Shown piece after piece: positions 43,201 to 58,200 of a stretch of 64,000 nucleotides of DNA (positions are counted from its first letter, which is position 1; every line of letters starts with the position of its first letter). The stretch is taken from positions 211,172,001-211,236,000 of the forward strand of contig OZ024741.1 in the NCBI GenBank assembly GCA_964016885.1, in the 5' to 3' direction. The position numbers were made by a program, and so were the translations under genes. The notes beneath the pieces are model-generated. The model saw only the letters and a list, made by a program, of their open reading frames with translations, did no database searches and had not been told where the DNA came from. This stretch comes from Eledone cirrhosa. Lineage: Eukaryota.

Positions 43201-46200
43201 TCAGCCACAGTCCACCTATCTCAGCCACAGTCCACTTATCTCAGTCTCAGTCCACCTATCTCAGCCACAGTCCACCTATCTCAGCCACAGTCCACTGTCT
43301 CAGTCTCAGTCCACCGTCTCAGGCTCAGTCCACTGTCTCAGCCACAGTCCACCTATCGCAGCCACAGTCCACCTATCTCAGTCTCAGTCCACTGTCTCAG
43401 CCTCAGTACACCTATCGCAGCCTCAGTCCACTTTCTCAGCCTCAGTACACCTATCTCAGCCACAATCCACCTGTCTCAGCCTCAGTACACCTATCGCAGC
43501 CTCAGTCCACTGTCTCAGCCACAGTCCACTTATCTCAGCCTCAGTCCACCTATCTCAGCCACAGTCCACCTATCTCAGCCTCAGTCCACCTATCTCAGTC
43601 TCAGTCCACTGTCTCAGCCACAGTCCACTTATCTCAGCCTCAGTCCACCTATCTCAGTCTCAGTCCACCTATCTCAGCCTCAGTCCACTGTCTCAGCCAC
43701 AGTCCACTTATCTCAGCCACAGTCCACTTATCTCAGCCTCAGTCCACCTATCTCAGCCTCAGTACACCTATCTCAGCCACAGTCCACTGTCTCAGCCACA
43801 GTCCACCTATCTCAGCCACAGTCCACCTATCAAAGCCACAGTCCACTGTCTCAGCCACAGTCCATTGTCTCAGCCACAGTCCACCTATCTCAGCCACAGT
43901 CCACCTATCTCAGCCACAGTCCACTGTCTCCGCCACAGTTCACCTATCTCAGCCACAGTCCACCTATCTCAGCCTCAGTCCACCTATCTCAGTCTCAGTC
44001 CACCTATCTCAGCCATAGTCCACCTACCTCAGCCACAGTCCACCTATCTCAGCCACAGTCCACCTATCTCAGCCACAGTCCACCTATCTCAGTCTCAGTC
44101 CACCGTCTCAGCCTCAGTCCACTGTCTCAGCCACAGTCCACTTATCTCAGCCACAGTCCACTGTCTCAGCCACAGTCCACCTATCTCAGCCACAGTCCAC
44201 CTATCTCAGCCTCAGTCCACCTATCTCAGCCTAAGTCCACCGTCTCAGCCTCAGTCCACTAACTCAGCCTCAGTCCACTGTCGCAGTCTCAGTCCACCTA
44301 TCTCAGCCTAAGTCCACCGTCTCAGCCTCAGTCCACTGTCTCAACCTCAGTCCACCGTCTCAGCCTCAGTCCACCTATCTCAGCCACAGTCCACTGTCTC
44401 AACCACAGTCCACTGTCTCAGCCACAGTCCACTGTCTCAGCCTCAGTCCACTGTCTCAGCCTCAGTCCACTTTCGCAGTCTCAGTCCACCTATCGCAGCC
44501 TCAGTCCACTGTCTCAGCCACAGTCCACTGTCTCAGCCACAGTCCACTGTCTCAGCCTCAGTCCACTGTCTCAGCCTCAGTCCACTGTCGCAGTCTCAGT
44601 CCACCTACCGCAGCCTCAGTCCACTGTCTCAGCCACAGTCCACTGTCTCAGCCTCAGTCCACTGTCGCAGTCTCAGTCCACCTATCTCAGCCACAGTCCA
44701 CTGTCTCAGCCACAGTCCACTGTCTCAGCCACAGTCCACTGTCTCAGCCTCAGTCCACTGTCTCAGCCTCAGTACACCTATCGCAGCCTCAGTCCACTGT
44801 CTCAGCCACAGTCCACTGTCTCAGCCTCAGTCCACTGTCTCAGCCACAGTCCACTGTCTCAGCCTCAGTCCACTGTCTCAGCCTCAGTCCACCTATCGCA
44901 GCCTCAGTCCACTCTCTCAGCCTCAGTACACCTATCTCAGCCACAGTCCACTGTCTCAGCCACAGTCCACTGTCTCAGCCTCAGTCCACTGTCTCAGCCA
45001 CAGTCCACTGTCTCAGCCTCAGTCCACTGTCTCAGCCTCAGTACACCTATCGCAGCCTCAGTCCACTGTCTCAGCCACAGTCCACTGTCTCAGCCTCAGT
45101 CCACTGTCTCAGCCTCAGTCCACTGTCTCAGCCTCAGTCCACTGTCTCAGCCACAGTCCACTGTCTCAGCCTCAGTCCACTGTCTCAGCCACAGTCCACT
45201 GTCTCAGCCTCAGTCCACTGTCGCAGTCTCAGTCCACTGTCTCAGCCTCAGTACACCTATCGCAGCCTCAGTCCACTGTCTCAGCCACAGTCCACTGTCT
45301 CAGCCTCAGTCCACTGTCTCAGCCACAGTCCACTGTCTCAGCCTCAGTCCACTGTCTCAGCCTCAGTCCACTGTCTCAGCCTCAGTACACCTATCGCAGC
45401 CTCAGTCCACTGTCTCAGCCACAGTCCACTGTCTCAGCCTCAGTCCACTGTCTCAGCCTCAGTCCACTGTCTCAGCCTCAGTCCACTGTCTCAGCCACAG
45501 TCCACTGTCTCAGTCTCAGTCCACCTATCTCAGCCACAGTCCACTGTCACAGCCACAGTCCACTGTCTCAGCCTCAGTCCACTGTCGCAGTCTCAGTCCA
45601 CCTCTCTCAGACTCAGTCCACCTATCTCAGCCACAGTCCACTGTCTCAGCCTCAGTCCACTGTCTCAGCCTCAGTTCACTGTCGCAGTCTCAGTCCACCT
45701 ATCTCAGCCACAGTCCACTGTCTCAGCCACAGTCCACTGTCTCAGCCACAGTCCACTGTCTCAGCCTCAGTCTACTGTCTCAGCCTCAGTACACCTATCG
45801 CAGCCTCAGTCCACTGTCTCAGCCTCAGTACACCTATCGCAGCCACAGTCCACTGTCTCAGCTTCAGTACACCTATCGCAGCCTCAGTCCACTGTCTCAG
45901 CCTCAGTCCACTGTCTCAGCCACAGTCCACCTATCTCAGCCTCAGTCCACTTATCTCAGACTCAGTCCACTCTCTCAGCCTCAGTTCACCTATCTCAGCC
46001 TCAGTCCACTGTCTCAGCCTCAGTCCACTGCCTCAGCCTCAGTCCACTGTCTCAGCCTAAGTCCACTGTCTCAGCCACAGTCCACTGTCTCAGCCACAGT
46101 CCACTGTCTCAGTCTCAGTCCACTTATCTCAGCCACAGTCCACTTATATCAGGCTCAGTCCACTGTCTCAGCCACAGTCCACCTATCTCAGCCACAGTCC

Positions 46201-49200
46201 ACCTATCTCAGCCACAGTCCACTGTCTCAGTCTCAGTCCACCGTCTCAGGCTCAGTCCACTGTCTCAGCCACAGTCCACCTATCGCAGCCACAGTCCACC
46301 TATCTCAGTCTCAGTCCACTGTCTCAGCCTCAGTACACCTATCGCAGCCTCAGTCCACTGTCTCAGCCTCAGTACACCTATCTCAGCCACAATCCACCTG
46401 TCTCAGCCTCAGTACACCTATCGCAGCCTCAGTCCACTGTCTCAGCCACAGTCCACCTATCTCAGCCACAGTCCACCTATCTCAGCCTCAGTCCACCTAT
46501 CTCAGTCTCAGTCCACCTATCTCAGCCTCAGTCCACTGTCTCAGCCACAGTCCACTTATCTCAGCCACAGTCCACTTATCTCAGCCTCAGTCCACCTATC
46601 TCAGCCTCAGTACACCTATCTCAGCCACAGTCCACTGTCTCAGCCACAGTCCACCTATCTCAGCCACAGTCCACCTATCTCAGCCACAGTCCACTGTCTC
46701 AGCCACAGTCCATTGTCTCAGCCACAGTCCACCTATCTCAGCCACAGTCCACCTATCTCAGCCACAGTCCACTGTCTCCGCCACAGTTCACCTATCTCAG
46801 CCACAGTCCACCTATCTCAGCCTCAGTCCACCTATCTCAGTCTCAGTCCACCTATCTCAGCCATAGTCCACCTACCTCAGCCACAGTCCACCTATCTCAG
46901 CCACAGTCCACCTATCTCAGCCACAGTCCACTGTCTCAGCCACAGTCCATTGTCTCAGCCACAGTCCACCTATCTCAGCCACAGTCCACCTATCTCAGTC
47001 TCAGTCCACCGTCTCAGCCTCAGTCCACTGTCTCAGCCACAGTCCACCTATCTCAGCCACAGTCCACTGTCTCAGCCACAGTCCACCTATCTCAGCCACA
47101 GTCCACCTATCTCAGCCTCAGTCCACCTATCTCAGCCTAAGTCCACCGTCTCAGCCTCAGTCCACTGTCTCAGCCTCAGTCCACTGTCGCAGTCTCAGTC
47201 CACCTATCTCAGCCTAAGTCCACCGTCTCAGCCTCAGTCCACTGTCTCAACCTCAGTCCACCGTCTCAGCCTCAGTCCACCTATCTCAGCCACAGTCCAC
47301 TGTCTCAACCACAGTCCACTGTCTCAACCACAGTCCACTGTCTCAGCCTCAGTCCACTGTCTCAGCCTCAGTCCACTTTCGCAGTCTCAGTCCACCTATC
47401 GCAGCCTCAGTCCACTGTCTCAGCCACAGTCCACTGTCTCAGCCACAGTCCACTGTCTCAGCCTCAGTCCACTGTCTCAGCCTCAGTCCACTGTCGCAGT
47501 CTCAGTCCACCTATCTCAGCCACAGTCCACTGTCTCAGCCACAGTCCACTGTCTCAGCCACAGTCCACTGTCTCAGCCTCAGTCCACTGTCTCAGCCTCA
47601 GTACACCTATCGCAGCCTCAGTCCACTGTCTCAGCCACAGTCCACTGTCTCAGCCTCAGTCCACTGTCTCAGCCACAGTCCACTGTCTCAGCCTCAGTCC
47701 ACTGTCTCAGCCTCAGTCCACCTATCGCAGCCTCAGTCCACTCTCTCAGCCTCAGTACACCTATCTCAGCCACAGTCCACTGTCTCAGCCACAGTCCACT
47801 GTCTCAGCCTCAGTCCACTGTCTCAGCCACAGTCCACTGTCTCAGCCTCTGTCCAATGTCTCAGCCTCAGTACACCTATCGCAGCCTCAGTCCACTGTCT
47901 CAGCCACAGTCCACTGTCTCAGCCTCAGTCCACTGTCTCAGCCTCAGTCCACTGTCTCAGCCTCAGTCCACTGTCTCAGCCACAGTCCACTGTCTCAGCC
48001 TCAGTCCACTGTCTCAGCCACAGTCCACTGTCTCAGCCTCAGTCCACTGTCGCAGTCTCAGTCCACTGTCTCAGCCTCAGTACACCTATCGCAGCCTCAG
48101 TCCACTGTCTCAGCCACAGTCCACTGTCTCAGCCTCAGTCCGCTGTCTTAGCCACAGTCCACTGTCTCATCCTCAGTCCACTGTCTCAGCCTCAGTCCAC
48201 TGTCTCAGCCTCAGTACACCTATCGCAGCCTCAGTCCACTGTCTCAGCCACAGTCCACTGTCTCAGCCTCAGTCCACTGTCTCAGCCTCAGTCCACTGTC
48301 TCAGCCTCAGTCCACTGTCTCAGCCACAGTCCACTGTCTCAGTCTCAGTCCACCTATCTCAGCCTCAGTACACCTATCTCAGCCACAGTCCACTGTCTCA
48401 GCCACAGTCCACTGTCTCAGCCTCAGTCCACTGTCTCAGCCACAGTCCACTGTCTCAGCCTCAGTCCACTGTCTCAGCCTCAGTACACCTATCGCAGCCT
48501 CAGTCCACTGTCTCAGCCACAGTCCACTGTCTCAGCCTCAGTCCACTGTCTCAGCCTCAGTCCACTGTCTCAGCCTCAGTCCACTGTCTCAGCCACAGTC
48601 CACTGTCTCAGCCTCAGTCCACTGTCTCAGCCACAGTCCACTGTCTCAGCCTCAGTCCACTGTCGCAGTCTCAGTCCACTGTCTCAGCCTCAGTACACCT
48701 ATCGCAGCCTCAGTCCACTGTCTCAGCCACAGTCCACTGTCTCAGCCTCAGTCCACTGTCTCAGCCACAGTCCACTGTCTCAGCCTCAGTCCACTGTCTC
48801 AGCCTCAGTCCACTGTCTCAGCCTCAGTACACCTATCGCAGCCTCAGTCCACTGTCTCAGCCACAGTCCACTGTCTCAGCCTCAGTCCACTGTCTCAGCC
48901 TCAGTCCACTGTCTCAGCCTCAGTCCACTGTCTCAGCCACAGTCCACTGTCTCAGTCTCAGTCCACCTATCTCAGCCACAGTCCACTGTCACAGCCACAG
49001 TCCACTGTCTCAGCCTCAGTCCACTGTCGCAGTCTCAGTCCACCTCTCTCAGCCTCAGTCCACCTATCTCAGCCACAGTCCACTGTCTCAGCCTCAGTCC
49101 ACTGTCTCAGCCTCAGTCCACTGTCGCAGTCTCAGTCCACCTATCTCAGCCACAGTCCACTGTCTCAGCCACAGTCCACTGTCTCAGCCACAGTCCACTG

Positions 49201-52200
49201 TCTCAGCCTCAGTCTACTGTCTCAGCCTCAGTACACCTATCGCAGCCTCAGTCCACTGTCTCAGCCTCAGTACACCTATCGCAGCCACAGTCCACTGTCT
49301 CAGCTTCAGTACACCTATCGCAGCCTCAGTCCACTGTCTCAGCCTCAGTCCACTGTCTCAGCCACAGTCCACCTATCTCAGCCTCAGTCCACTTATCTCA
49401 GCCTCAGTCCACTCTCTCAGCCTCAGTTCACCTATCTCAGCCTCAGTCCACTGTCTCAGCCTCAGTCCACTGCCTCAGCCTCAGTCCACTGTCTCAGCCT
49501 AAGTCCACTGTCTCAGCCACAGTCCACTGTCTCAGCCACAGTCCACTGTCTCAGTCTCAGTCCACTTATCTCAGCCACAGTCCACTTATATCAGGCTCAG
49601 TCCACTGTCTCAGCCACAGTCCACCTATCTCAGCCACAGTCCACCTATCTCAGCCACAGTCCACTGTCTCAGTCTCAGTCCACCGTCTCAGGCTCAGTCC
49701 ACTGTCTCAGCCACAGTCCACCTATCGCAGCCACAGTCCACCTATCTCAGTCTCAGTCCACTGTCTCAGCCTCAGTACACCTATCGCAGCCTCAGTCCAC
49801 TGTCTCAGCCTCAGTACACCTATCTCAGCCACAATCCACCTGTCTCAGCCTCAGTACACCTATCGCAGCCTCAGTCCACTGTCTCAGCCACAGTCCACCT
49901 ATCTCAGCCACAGTCCACCTATCTCAGCCTCAGTCCACCTATCTCAGTCTCAGTCCACCTATCTCAGCCTCAGTCCACTGTCTCAGCCACAGTCCACTTA
50001 TCTCAGCCACAGTCCACTTATCTCAGCCTCAGTCCACCTATCTCAGCCTCAGTACACCTATCTCAGCCACAGTCCACTGTCTCAGCCACAGTCCACCTAT
50101 CTCAGCCACAGTCCACCTATCTCAGCCACAGTCCACTGTCTCAGCCACAGTCCATTGTCTCAGCCACAGTCCACCTATCTCAGCCACAGTCCACCTATCT
50201 CAGCCACAGTCCACTGTCTCCGCCACAGTTCACCTATCTCAGCCACAGTCCACCTATGTCAGCCTCAGTCCACCTATCTCAGTCTCAGTCCACCTATCTC
50301 AGCCATAGTCCACCTACCTCAGCCACAGTCCACCTATCTCAGCCACAGTCCACCTATCTCAGCCACAGTCCACTGTCTCAGCCACAGACCATTGTCTCAG
50401 CCACAGTCCACCTATCTCAGCCACAGTCCACCTATCTCAGTCTCAGTCCACCGTCTCAGCCTCAGTCCACTGTCTCAGCCACAGTCCACCTATCTCAGCC
50501 ACAGTCCACTGTCTCAGCCACAGTCCACCTATCTCAGCCACAGTCCACCTATCTCAGCCTCAGTCCACCTATCTCAGCCTAAGTCCACCGTCTCAGCCTC
50601 AGTCCACTGTCTCAGCCTCAGTCCACTGTCGCAGTCTCAGTCCACCTATCTCAGCCTAAGTCCACCGTCTCAGCCTCAGTCCACTGTCTCAACCTCAGTC
50701 CACCGTCTCAGCCTCAGTCCACCTATCTCAGCCACAGTCCACTGTCTCAACCACAGTCCACTGTCTCAACCACAGTCCACTGTCTCAGCCTCAGTCCACT
50801 GTCTCAGCCTCAGTCCACTTTCGCAGTCTCAGTCCACCTATCGCAGCCTCAGTCCACTGTCTCAGCCACAGTCCACTGTCTCAGCCACAGTCCACTGTCT
50901 CAGCCTCAGTCCACTGTCTCAGCCTCAGTCCACTGTCGCAGTCTCAGTCCACCTATCTCAGCCACAGTCCACTGTCTCAGCCACAGTCCACTGTCTCAGC
51001 CACAGTCCACTGTCTCAGCCTCAGTCCACTGTCTCAGCCTCAGTACACCTATCGCAGCCTCAGTCCACTGTCTCAGCCACAGTCCACTGTCTCAGCCTCA
51101 GTCCACTGTCTCAGCCACAGTCCACTGTCTCAGCCTCAGTCCACTGTCTCAGCCTCAGTCCACCTATCGCAGCCTCAGTCCACTCTCTCAGCCTCAGTAC
51201 ACCTATCTCAGCCACAGTCCACTGTCTCAGCCACAGTCCACTGTCTCAGCCTCAGTCCACTGTCTCAGCCACAGTCCACTGTCTCAGCCTCTGTCCACTG
51301 TCTCAGCCTCAGTACACCTATCGCAGCCTCAGTCCACTGTCTCAGCCACAGTCCACTGTCTCAGCCTCAGTCCACTGTCTCAGCCTCAGTCCACTGTCTC
51401 AGCCTCAGTCCACTGTCTCAGCCACAGTCCACTGTCTCAGCCTCAGTCCACTGTCTCAGCCACAGTCCACTGTCTCAGCCTCAGTCCACTGTCGCAGTCT
51501 CAGTCCACTGTCTCAGCCTCAGTACACCTATCGCAGCCTCAGTCCACTGTCTCAGCCACAGTCCACTGTCTCAGCCTCAGTCCGCTGTCTTAGCCACAGT
51601 CCACTGTCTCATCCTCAGTCCACTGTCTTAGCCTCAGTCCACTGTCTCAGCCTCAGTACACCTATCGCAGCCTCAGTCCACTGTCTCAGCCACAGTCCAC
51701 TGTCTCAGCCTCAGTCCACTGTCTCAGCCTCAGTCCACTGTCTCAGCCTCAGTCCACTGTCTCAGCCACAGTCCACTGTCTCAGTCTCAGTCCACCTATC
51801 TCAGCCACAGTCCACTGTCTCAGCCTCAGTCCACTGTCTCAGCCTCAGTCCACTGTCGCAGTCTCAGTCCACCTATCTCAGCCACAGTCCACTGTCTCAG
51901 CCACAGTCCACTGTCTCAGCCACAGTCCACTGTCTCAGCCTCAGTCCACTGTCTCAGCCTCAGTACACCTATCGCAGCCTCAGTCCACTGTCTCAGCCTC
52001 AGTACACCTATCGCAGCCACAGTCCACTGTCTCAGCCTCAGTACACCTATCGCAGCCTCAGTCCACTGTCTCAGCCTCAGTCCACTGTCTCAGCCACAGT
52101 CCACCTATCTCAGCCTCAGTCCACTTATCTCAGCCTCAGTCCACTCTCTCAGCCTCAGTTCACCTATCTCAGCCTCAGTCCACTGTCTCAGCCTCAGTCC

Positions 52201-55200
52201 ACTGCCTCAGCCTCAGTCCACTGTCTCAGCCTAAGTCCACTGTCTCAGCCACAGTCCACTGTCTCAGCCACAGTCCACTGTCTCAGTCTCAGTCCACTTA
52301 TCTCAGCCACAGTCCACTTATCTCAGGCTCAGTCCACTGTCTCAGCCACAGTCCACCTATCTCAGCCACAGTCCACTTATCTCAGTCTCAGTCCACCTAT
52401 CTCAGCCACAGTCCACCTATCTCAGCCACAGTCCACTGTCTCAGTCTCAGTCCACCGTCTCAGGCTCAGTCCACTGTCTCAGCCACAGTCCACCTATCGC
52501 AGCCACAGTCCACCTATCTCAGTCTCAGTCCACTGTCTCAGCCTCAGTACACCTATCGCAGCCTCAGTCCACTGTCTCAGCCTCAGTACACCTATCTCAG
52601 CCACAATCCACCTGTCTCAGCCTCAGTACACCTATCGCAGCCTCAGTCCACTGTCTCAGCCACAGTCCACCTATCTCAGCCACAATCCACCTATCTCAGC
52701 CACAGTCCACCTATCGCAGCCACAGTCCACCTATCTCAGTCTCAGTCCACTGTCTCAGTCTCAGTCCACCGTCTCAGGCTCAGTCCACTGTCTCAGCCAC
52801 AGTCCACCTATCGCAGCCACAGTCCACCTATCTCAGTCTCAGTCCACTGTCTCAGCCTCAGTACACCTATCTCAGCCACAGTCCACCTATCTCAGCCACA
52901 GTCCACTGTCTCCGCCACAGTTCACCTATCTCAGCCACAGTCCACCTATCTCAGCCTCAGTCCACCTATCTCAGTCTCAGTCCACCTATCTCAGCCATAG
53001 TCCACCTACCTCAGCCACAGTCCACCTATCTCAGCCACAGTCCACCTATCTCAGCCACAGTCCACTGTCTCAGCCACAGTCCATTGTCTCAGCCACAGTC
53101 CACCTATCTCAGCCACAGTCCACCTATCTCAGCCACAGTCCACCTATCTCAGTCTCAGTCCACCGTCTCAGCCTCAGTCCACTGTCTCAGCCACAGTCCA
53201 CCTATCTCAGCCACAGTCCACTGTCTCAGCCACAGTCCACCTATCTCAGCCACAGTCCACCTATCTCAGCCTCAGTCCACCTATCTCAGCCTAAGTCCAC
53301 CGTCTCAGCCTCAGTCCACTGTCTCAGCCTCAGTCCACTGTCGCAGTCTCAGTCCACCTATCTCAGTCTAAGTCCACCATCTCAGCCTCAGTCCACTGTC
53401 TCAACCTCAGTCCACCGTCTCAGCCTCAGTCCACTGTCTCAGCCTCAGTCCACTGTCGCAGTCTCAGTCCACCTATCTCAGCCACAGTCCACTGTCTCAG
53501 CCACAGTCCACTGTCTCAGCCACAGTCCACTGTCTCAGCCTCAGTCCACTGTCTCAGCCTCAGTACACCTATCGCAGCCTCAGTCCACTGTCTCAGCCAC
53601 AGTCCACTGTCTCAGCCTCAGTCCACTGTCTCAGCCACAGTCCACTGTCTCAGCCTCAGTCCACTGTCTCAGCCTCAGTCCACCTATCGCAGCCTCAGTC
53701 CACTCTCTCAGCCTCAGTACACCTATCTCAGCCACAGTCCACTGTCTCAGCCACAGTCCACTGTCTCAGCCTCAGTCCACTGTCTCAGCCACAGTCCACT
53801 GTCTCAGCCTCTGTCCACTGTCTCAGCCTCAGTACACCTATCGCAGCCTCAGTCCACTGTCTCAGCCACAGTCCACTGTCTCAGCCTCAGTCCACTGTCT
53901 CAGCCTCAGTCCACTGTCTCAGCCTCAGTCCACTGTCTCAGCCACAGTCCACTGTCTCAGCCTCAGTCCACTGTCTCAGCCACAGTCCACTGTCTCAGCC
54001 TCAGTCCACTGTCGCAGTCTCAGTCCACTGTCTCAGCCTCAGTACACCTATCGCAGCCTCAGTCCACTGTCTCAGCCACAGTCCACTGTCTCAGCCACAG
54101 TCCACTGTCTCAGCCTCAGTCCACTGTCTCAGCCTCAGTCCACTGTCTCAGCCTCAGTCCACTGTCTCAGCCACAGTCCACTGTCTCAGTCTCAGTCCAC
54201 CTATCTCAGCCACAGTCCACTGTCTCAGCCTCAGTCCACTGTCTCAGCCTCAGTCCACTGTCGCAGTCTCAGTCCACCTATCTCAGCCACAGTCCACTGT
54301 CTCAGCCACAGTCCACTGTCTCAGCCACAGTCCACTGTCTCAGCCTCAGTCCACTGTCTCAGCCTCAGTACACCTATCGCAGCCTCAGTCCACTGTCTCA
54401 GCCTCAGTACACCTATCGCAGCCACAGTCCACTGTCTCAGCCTTAGTACACCTATCGCAGCCTCAGTCCACTGTCTCAGCCTCAGTCCACTGTCTCAGCC
54501 ACAGTCCTCCTATCTCAGCCTCAGTCCACTTATCTCAGCCTCAGTCCACTCTCTCAGCCTCAGTTCACCTATCTCAGCCTCAGTCCACTGTCTCAGCCTC
54601 AGTCCACTGCCTCAGCCTCAGTCCACTTTCTCAGCCTAAGTCCACTGTCTCAGCCACAGTCCACTGTCTCAGCCACAGTCCACTGTCTCAGTCTCAGTCC
54701 ACTTATCTCAGCCACAGTCCACTTATCTCAGGCTCAGTCCACTGTCTCAGCCACAGTCCACCTATCTCAGCCACAGTCCACTTATCTCAGTCTCAGTCCA
54801 CCTATCTCAGCCACAGTCCACCTATCTCAGCCACAGTCCACTGTCTCAGTCTCAGTCCACCGTCTCAGGCTCAGTCCACTGTCTCAGCCACAGTCCACCT
54901 ATCGCAGCCACAGTCCATCTATCTCAGTCTCAGTCCACTGTCTCAGCCTCAGTACACCTATCGCAGCCTCAGTCCACTGTCTCAGCCTCAGTACACCTAT
55001 CTCAGCCACAATCCACCTGTCTCAGCCTCAGTACACCTATCGCAGCCTCAGTCCACTGTCTCAGCCACAGTCCACCTATCTCAGCCACAATCCACCTATC
55101 TCAGCCACAGTCCACCTATCGCAGCCACAGTCCACCTATCTCAGTCTCAGTCCACTGTCTCAGTCTCAGTCCACCGTCTCAGGCTCAGTCCACTGTCTCA

Positions 55201-58200
55201 GCCACAGTCCACCTATCGCAGCCACAGTCCACCTATCTCAGTCTCAGTCCACTGTCTCAGCCTCAGTACACCTATCTCAGCCACAGTCCACCTATCTCAG
55301 CCACAGTCCACTGTCTCCGCCACAGTTCACCTATCTCAGCCACAGTCCACCTATCTCAGCCTCAGTCCACCTATCTCAGTCTCAGTCCACCTATCTCAGC
55401 CATAGTCCACCTACCTCAGCCACAGTCCACCTATCTCAGCCACAGTTCACCTATCTCAGCCACAGTCCACTGTCTCAGCCACAGTCCATTGTCTCAGCCA
55501 CAGTCCACCTATCTCAGCCACAGTCCACCTATCTCAGCCACAGTCCACCTATCTCAGTCTCAGTCCACCGTCTCAGCCTCAGTCCACTGTCTCAGCCACA
55601 GTCCACCTATCTCAGCCACAGTCCACTGTCTCAGCCACAGTCCACCTATCTCAGCCACAGTCCACCTATCTCAGCCTCAGTCCACCTATCTCAGCCTAAG
55701 TCCACCGTCTCAGCCTCAGTCCACTGTCTCAGCCTCAGTCCACTGTCGCAGTCTCAGTCCACGTATCTCAGCCTAAGTCCACCGTCTCAGCCTCAGTCCA
55801 CTGTCTCAACCTCAGTCCACCGTCTCAGCCTCAGTCCACCTATCTCAGCCACAGTCCACTGTCTCAACCACAGTCCACTGTCTCAGCCTCAGTCCACTGT
55901 CGCAGTCTCAGTCCACTGTCTCAGCCTCAGTACACCTATCGCAGCCTCAGTCCACTGTCTCAGCCACAGTCCACTGTCTCAGCCTCAGTCCACTGTCTCA
56001 GCCACAGTCCACTGTCTCATCCTCAGTCCACTGTCTCAGCCTCAGTACACCTATCGCAGCCTCAGTCCACTGTCTCAGCCACAGTCCACTGTCTCAGCCT
56101 CAGTCCACTGTCTCAGCCTCAGTCCACTGTCTCAGCCTCAGTCCACTGTCTCAGCCACAGTCCACTGTCTCAGTCTCAGTCCACCTATCTCAGCCACAGT
56201 CCACTGTCTCAGCCTCAGTCCACTGTCTCAGCCTCAGTCCACTGTCGCAGTCTCAGTCCACCTATCTCAGCCACAGTCCACTGTCTCAGCCACAGTCCAC
56301 TGTCTCAGCCACAGTCCACTGTCTCAGCCTCAGTCCACTGTCTCAGCCTCAGTACACCTATCGCAGCCTCAGTCCACTGTCTCAGCCTCAGTACACCTAT
56401 CGCAGCCACAGTCCACTGTCTCAGCCTCAGTACACCTATCGCAGCCTCAGTCCACTGTCTCAGCCTCAGTCCACTGTCTCAGCCACAGTCCACCTATCTC
56501 AGCCTCAGTCCACTTATCTCAGCCTCAGTCCACTCTCTCAGCCTCAGTTCACCTATCTCAGCCTCAGTCCACTGTCTCAGCCTCAGTCCACCGCCTCAGC
56601 CTCAGTCCACTTTCTCAGCCTAAGTCCACTGTCTCAGCCACAGTCCACTGTCTCAGCCACAGTCCACTGTCTCAGTCTCAGTCCACTTATCTCAGCCACA
56701 GTCCACTTATCTCAGGCTCAGTCCACTGTCTCAGCCACAGTCCACCTATCTCAGCCACAGTCCACTTATCTCAGTCTCAGTCCACCTATCTCAGCCACAG
56801 TCCACCTATCTCAGCCACAGTCCACTGTCTCAGTCTCAGTCCACCGTCTCAGGCTCAGTCCACTGTCTCAGCCACAGTCCACCTATCGCAGCCACAGTCC
56901 ACCTATCTCAGTCTCAGTCCACTGTCTCAGCCTCAGTACACCTATCGCAGCCTCAGTCCACTGTCTCAGCCTCAGTACACCTATCTCAGCCACAATCCAC
57001 CTGTCTCAGCCTCAGTACACCTATCGCAGCCTCAGTCCACTGTCTCAGCCACAGTCCACCTATCTCAGCCACAATCCACCTATCTCAGCCACAGTCCACC
57101 TATCGCAGCCACAGTCCACCTATCTCAGTCTCAGTCCACTGTCTCAGTCTCAGTCCACCGTCTCAGGCTCAGTCCACTGTCTCAGCCACAGTCCACCTAT
57201 CGCAGCCACAGTCCACCTATCTCAGTCTCAGTCCACTGTCTCAGCCTCAGTACACCTATCTCAGCCACAGTCCACCTATCTCAGCCACAGTCCACTGTCT
57301 CCGCCACAGTTCACCTATCTCAGCCACAGTCCACCTATCTCAGCCTCAGTCCACCTATCTCAGTCTCAGTCCACCTATCTCAGCCATAGTCCACCTACCT
57401 CAGCCACAGTCCACCTATCTCAGCCACAGTTCACCTATCTCAGCCACAGTCCACTGTCTCAGCCACAGTCCATTGTCTCAGCCACAGTCCACCTATCTCA
57501 GCCACAGTCCACCTATCTCAGCCACAGTCCACCTATCTCAGTCTCAGTCCACCGTCTCAGCCTCAGTCCACTGTCTCAGCCACAGTCCACCTATCTCAGC
57601 CACAGTCCACTGTCTCAGCCACAGTCCACCTATCTCAGCCACAGTCCACCTATCTCAGCCTCAGTCCACCTATCTCAGCCTAAGTCCACCGTCTCAGCCT
57701 CAGTCCACTGTCTCAGCCTCAGTCCACTGTCGCAGTCTCAGTCCACGTATCTCAGCCTAAGTCCACCGTCTCAGCCTCAGTCCACTGTCTCAACCTCAGT
57801 CCACCGTCTCAGCCTCAGTCCACCTATCTCAGCCACAGTCCACTGTCTCAACCACAGTCCACTGTCTCAGCCACAGTCCACTGTCTCAGCCTCAGTCCAC
57901 TGTCTCAGCCTCAGTCCACTTTCGCAGTCTCAGTCCACCTATCGCAGCCTCAGTCCACTGTCTCAGCCACAGTCCACTGTCTCAGCCACAGTCCACTGTC
58001 TCAGCCTCAGTCCACTGTCTCAGCCTCAGTCCACTGTCGCAGTCTCAGTCCACCTATCTCAGCCACAGTCCACTGTCTCACCCACAGTCCACTGTCTCAG
58101 CCACAGTCCACTGTCTCAGCCTCAGTACACCTATCGCAGCCTCAGTCCACTGTCTCAGCCACAGTCCACTGTCTCAGCCTCAGTCCACTGTCTCAGCCAC

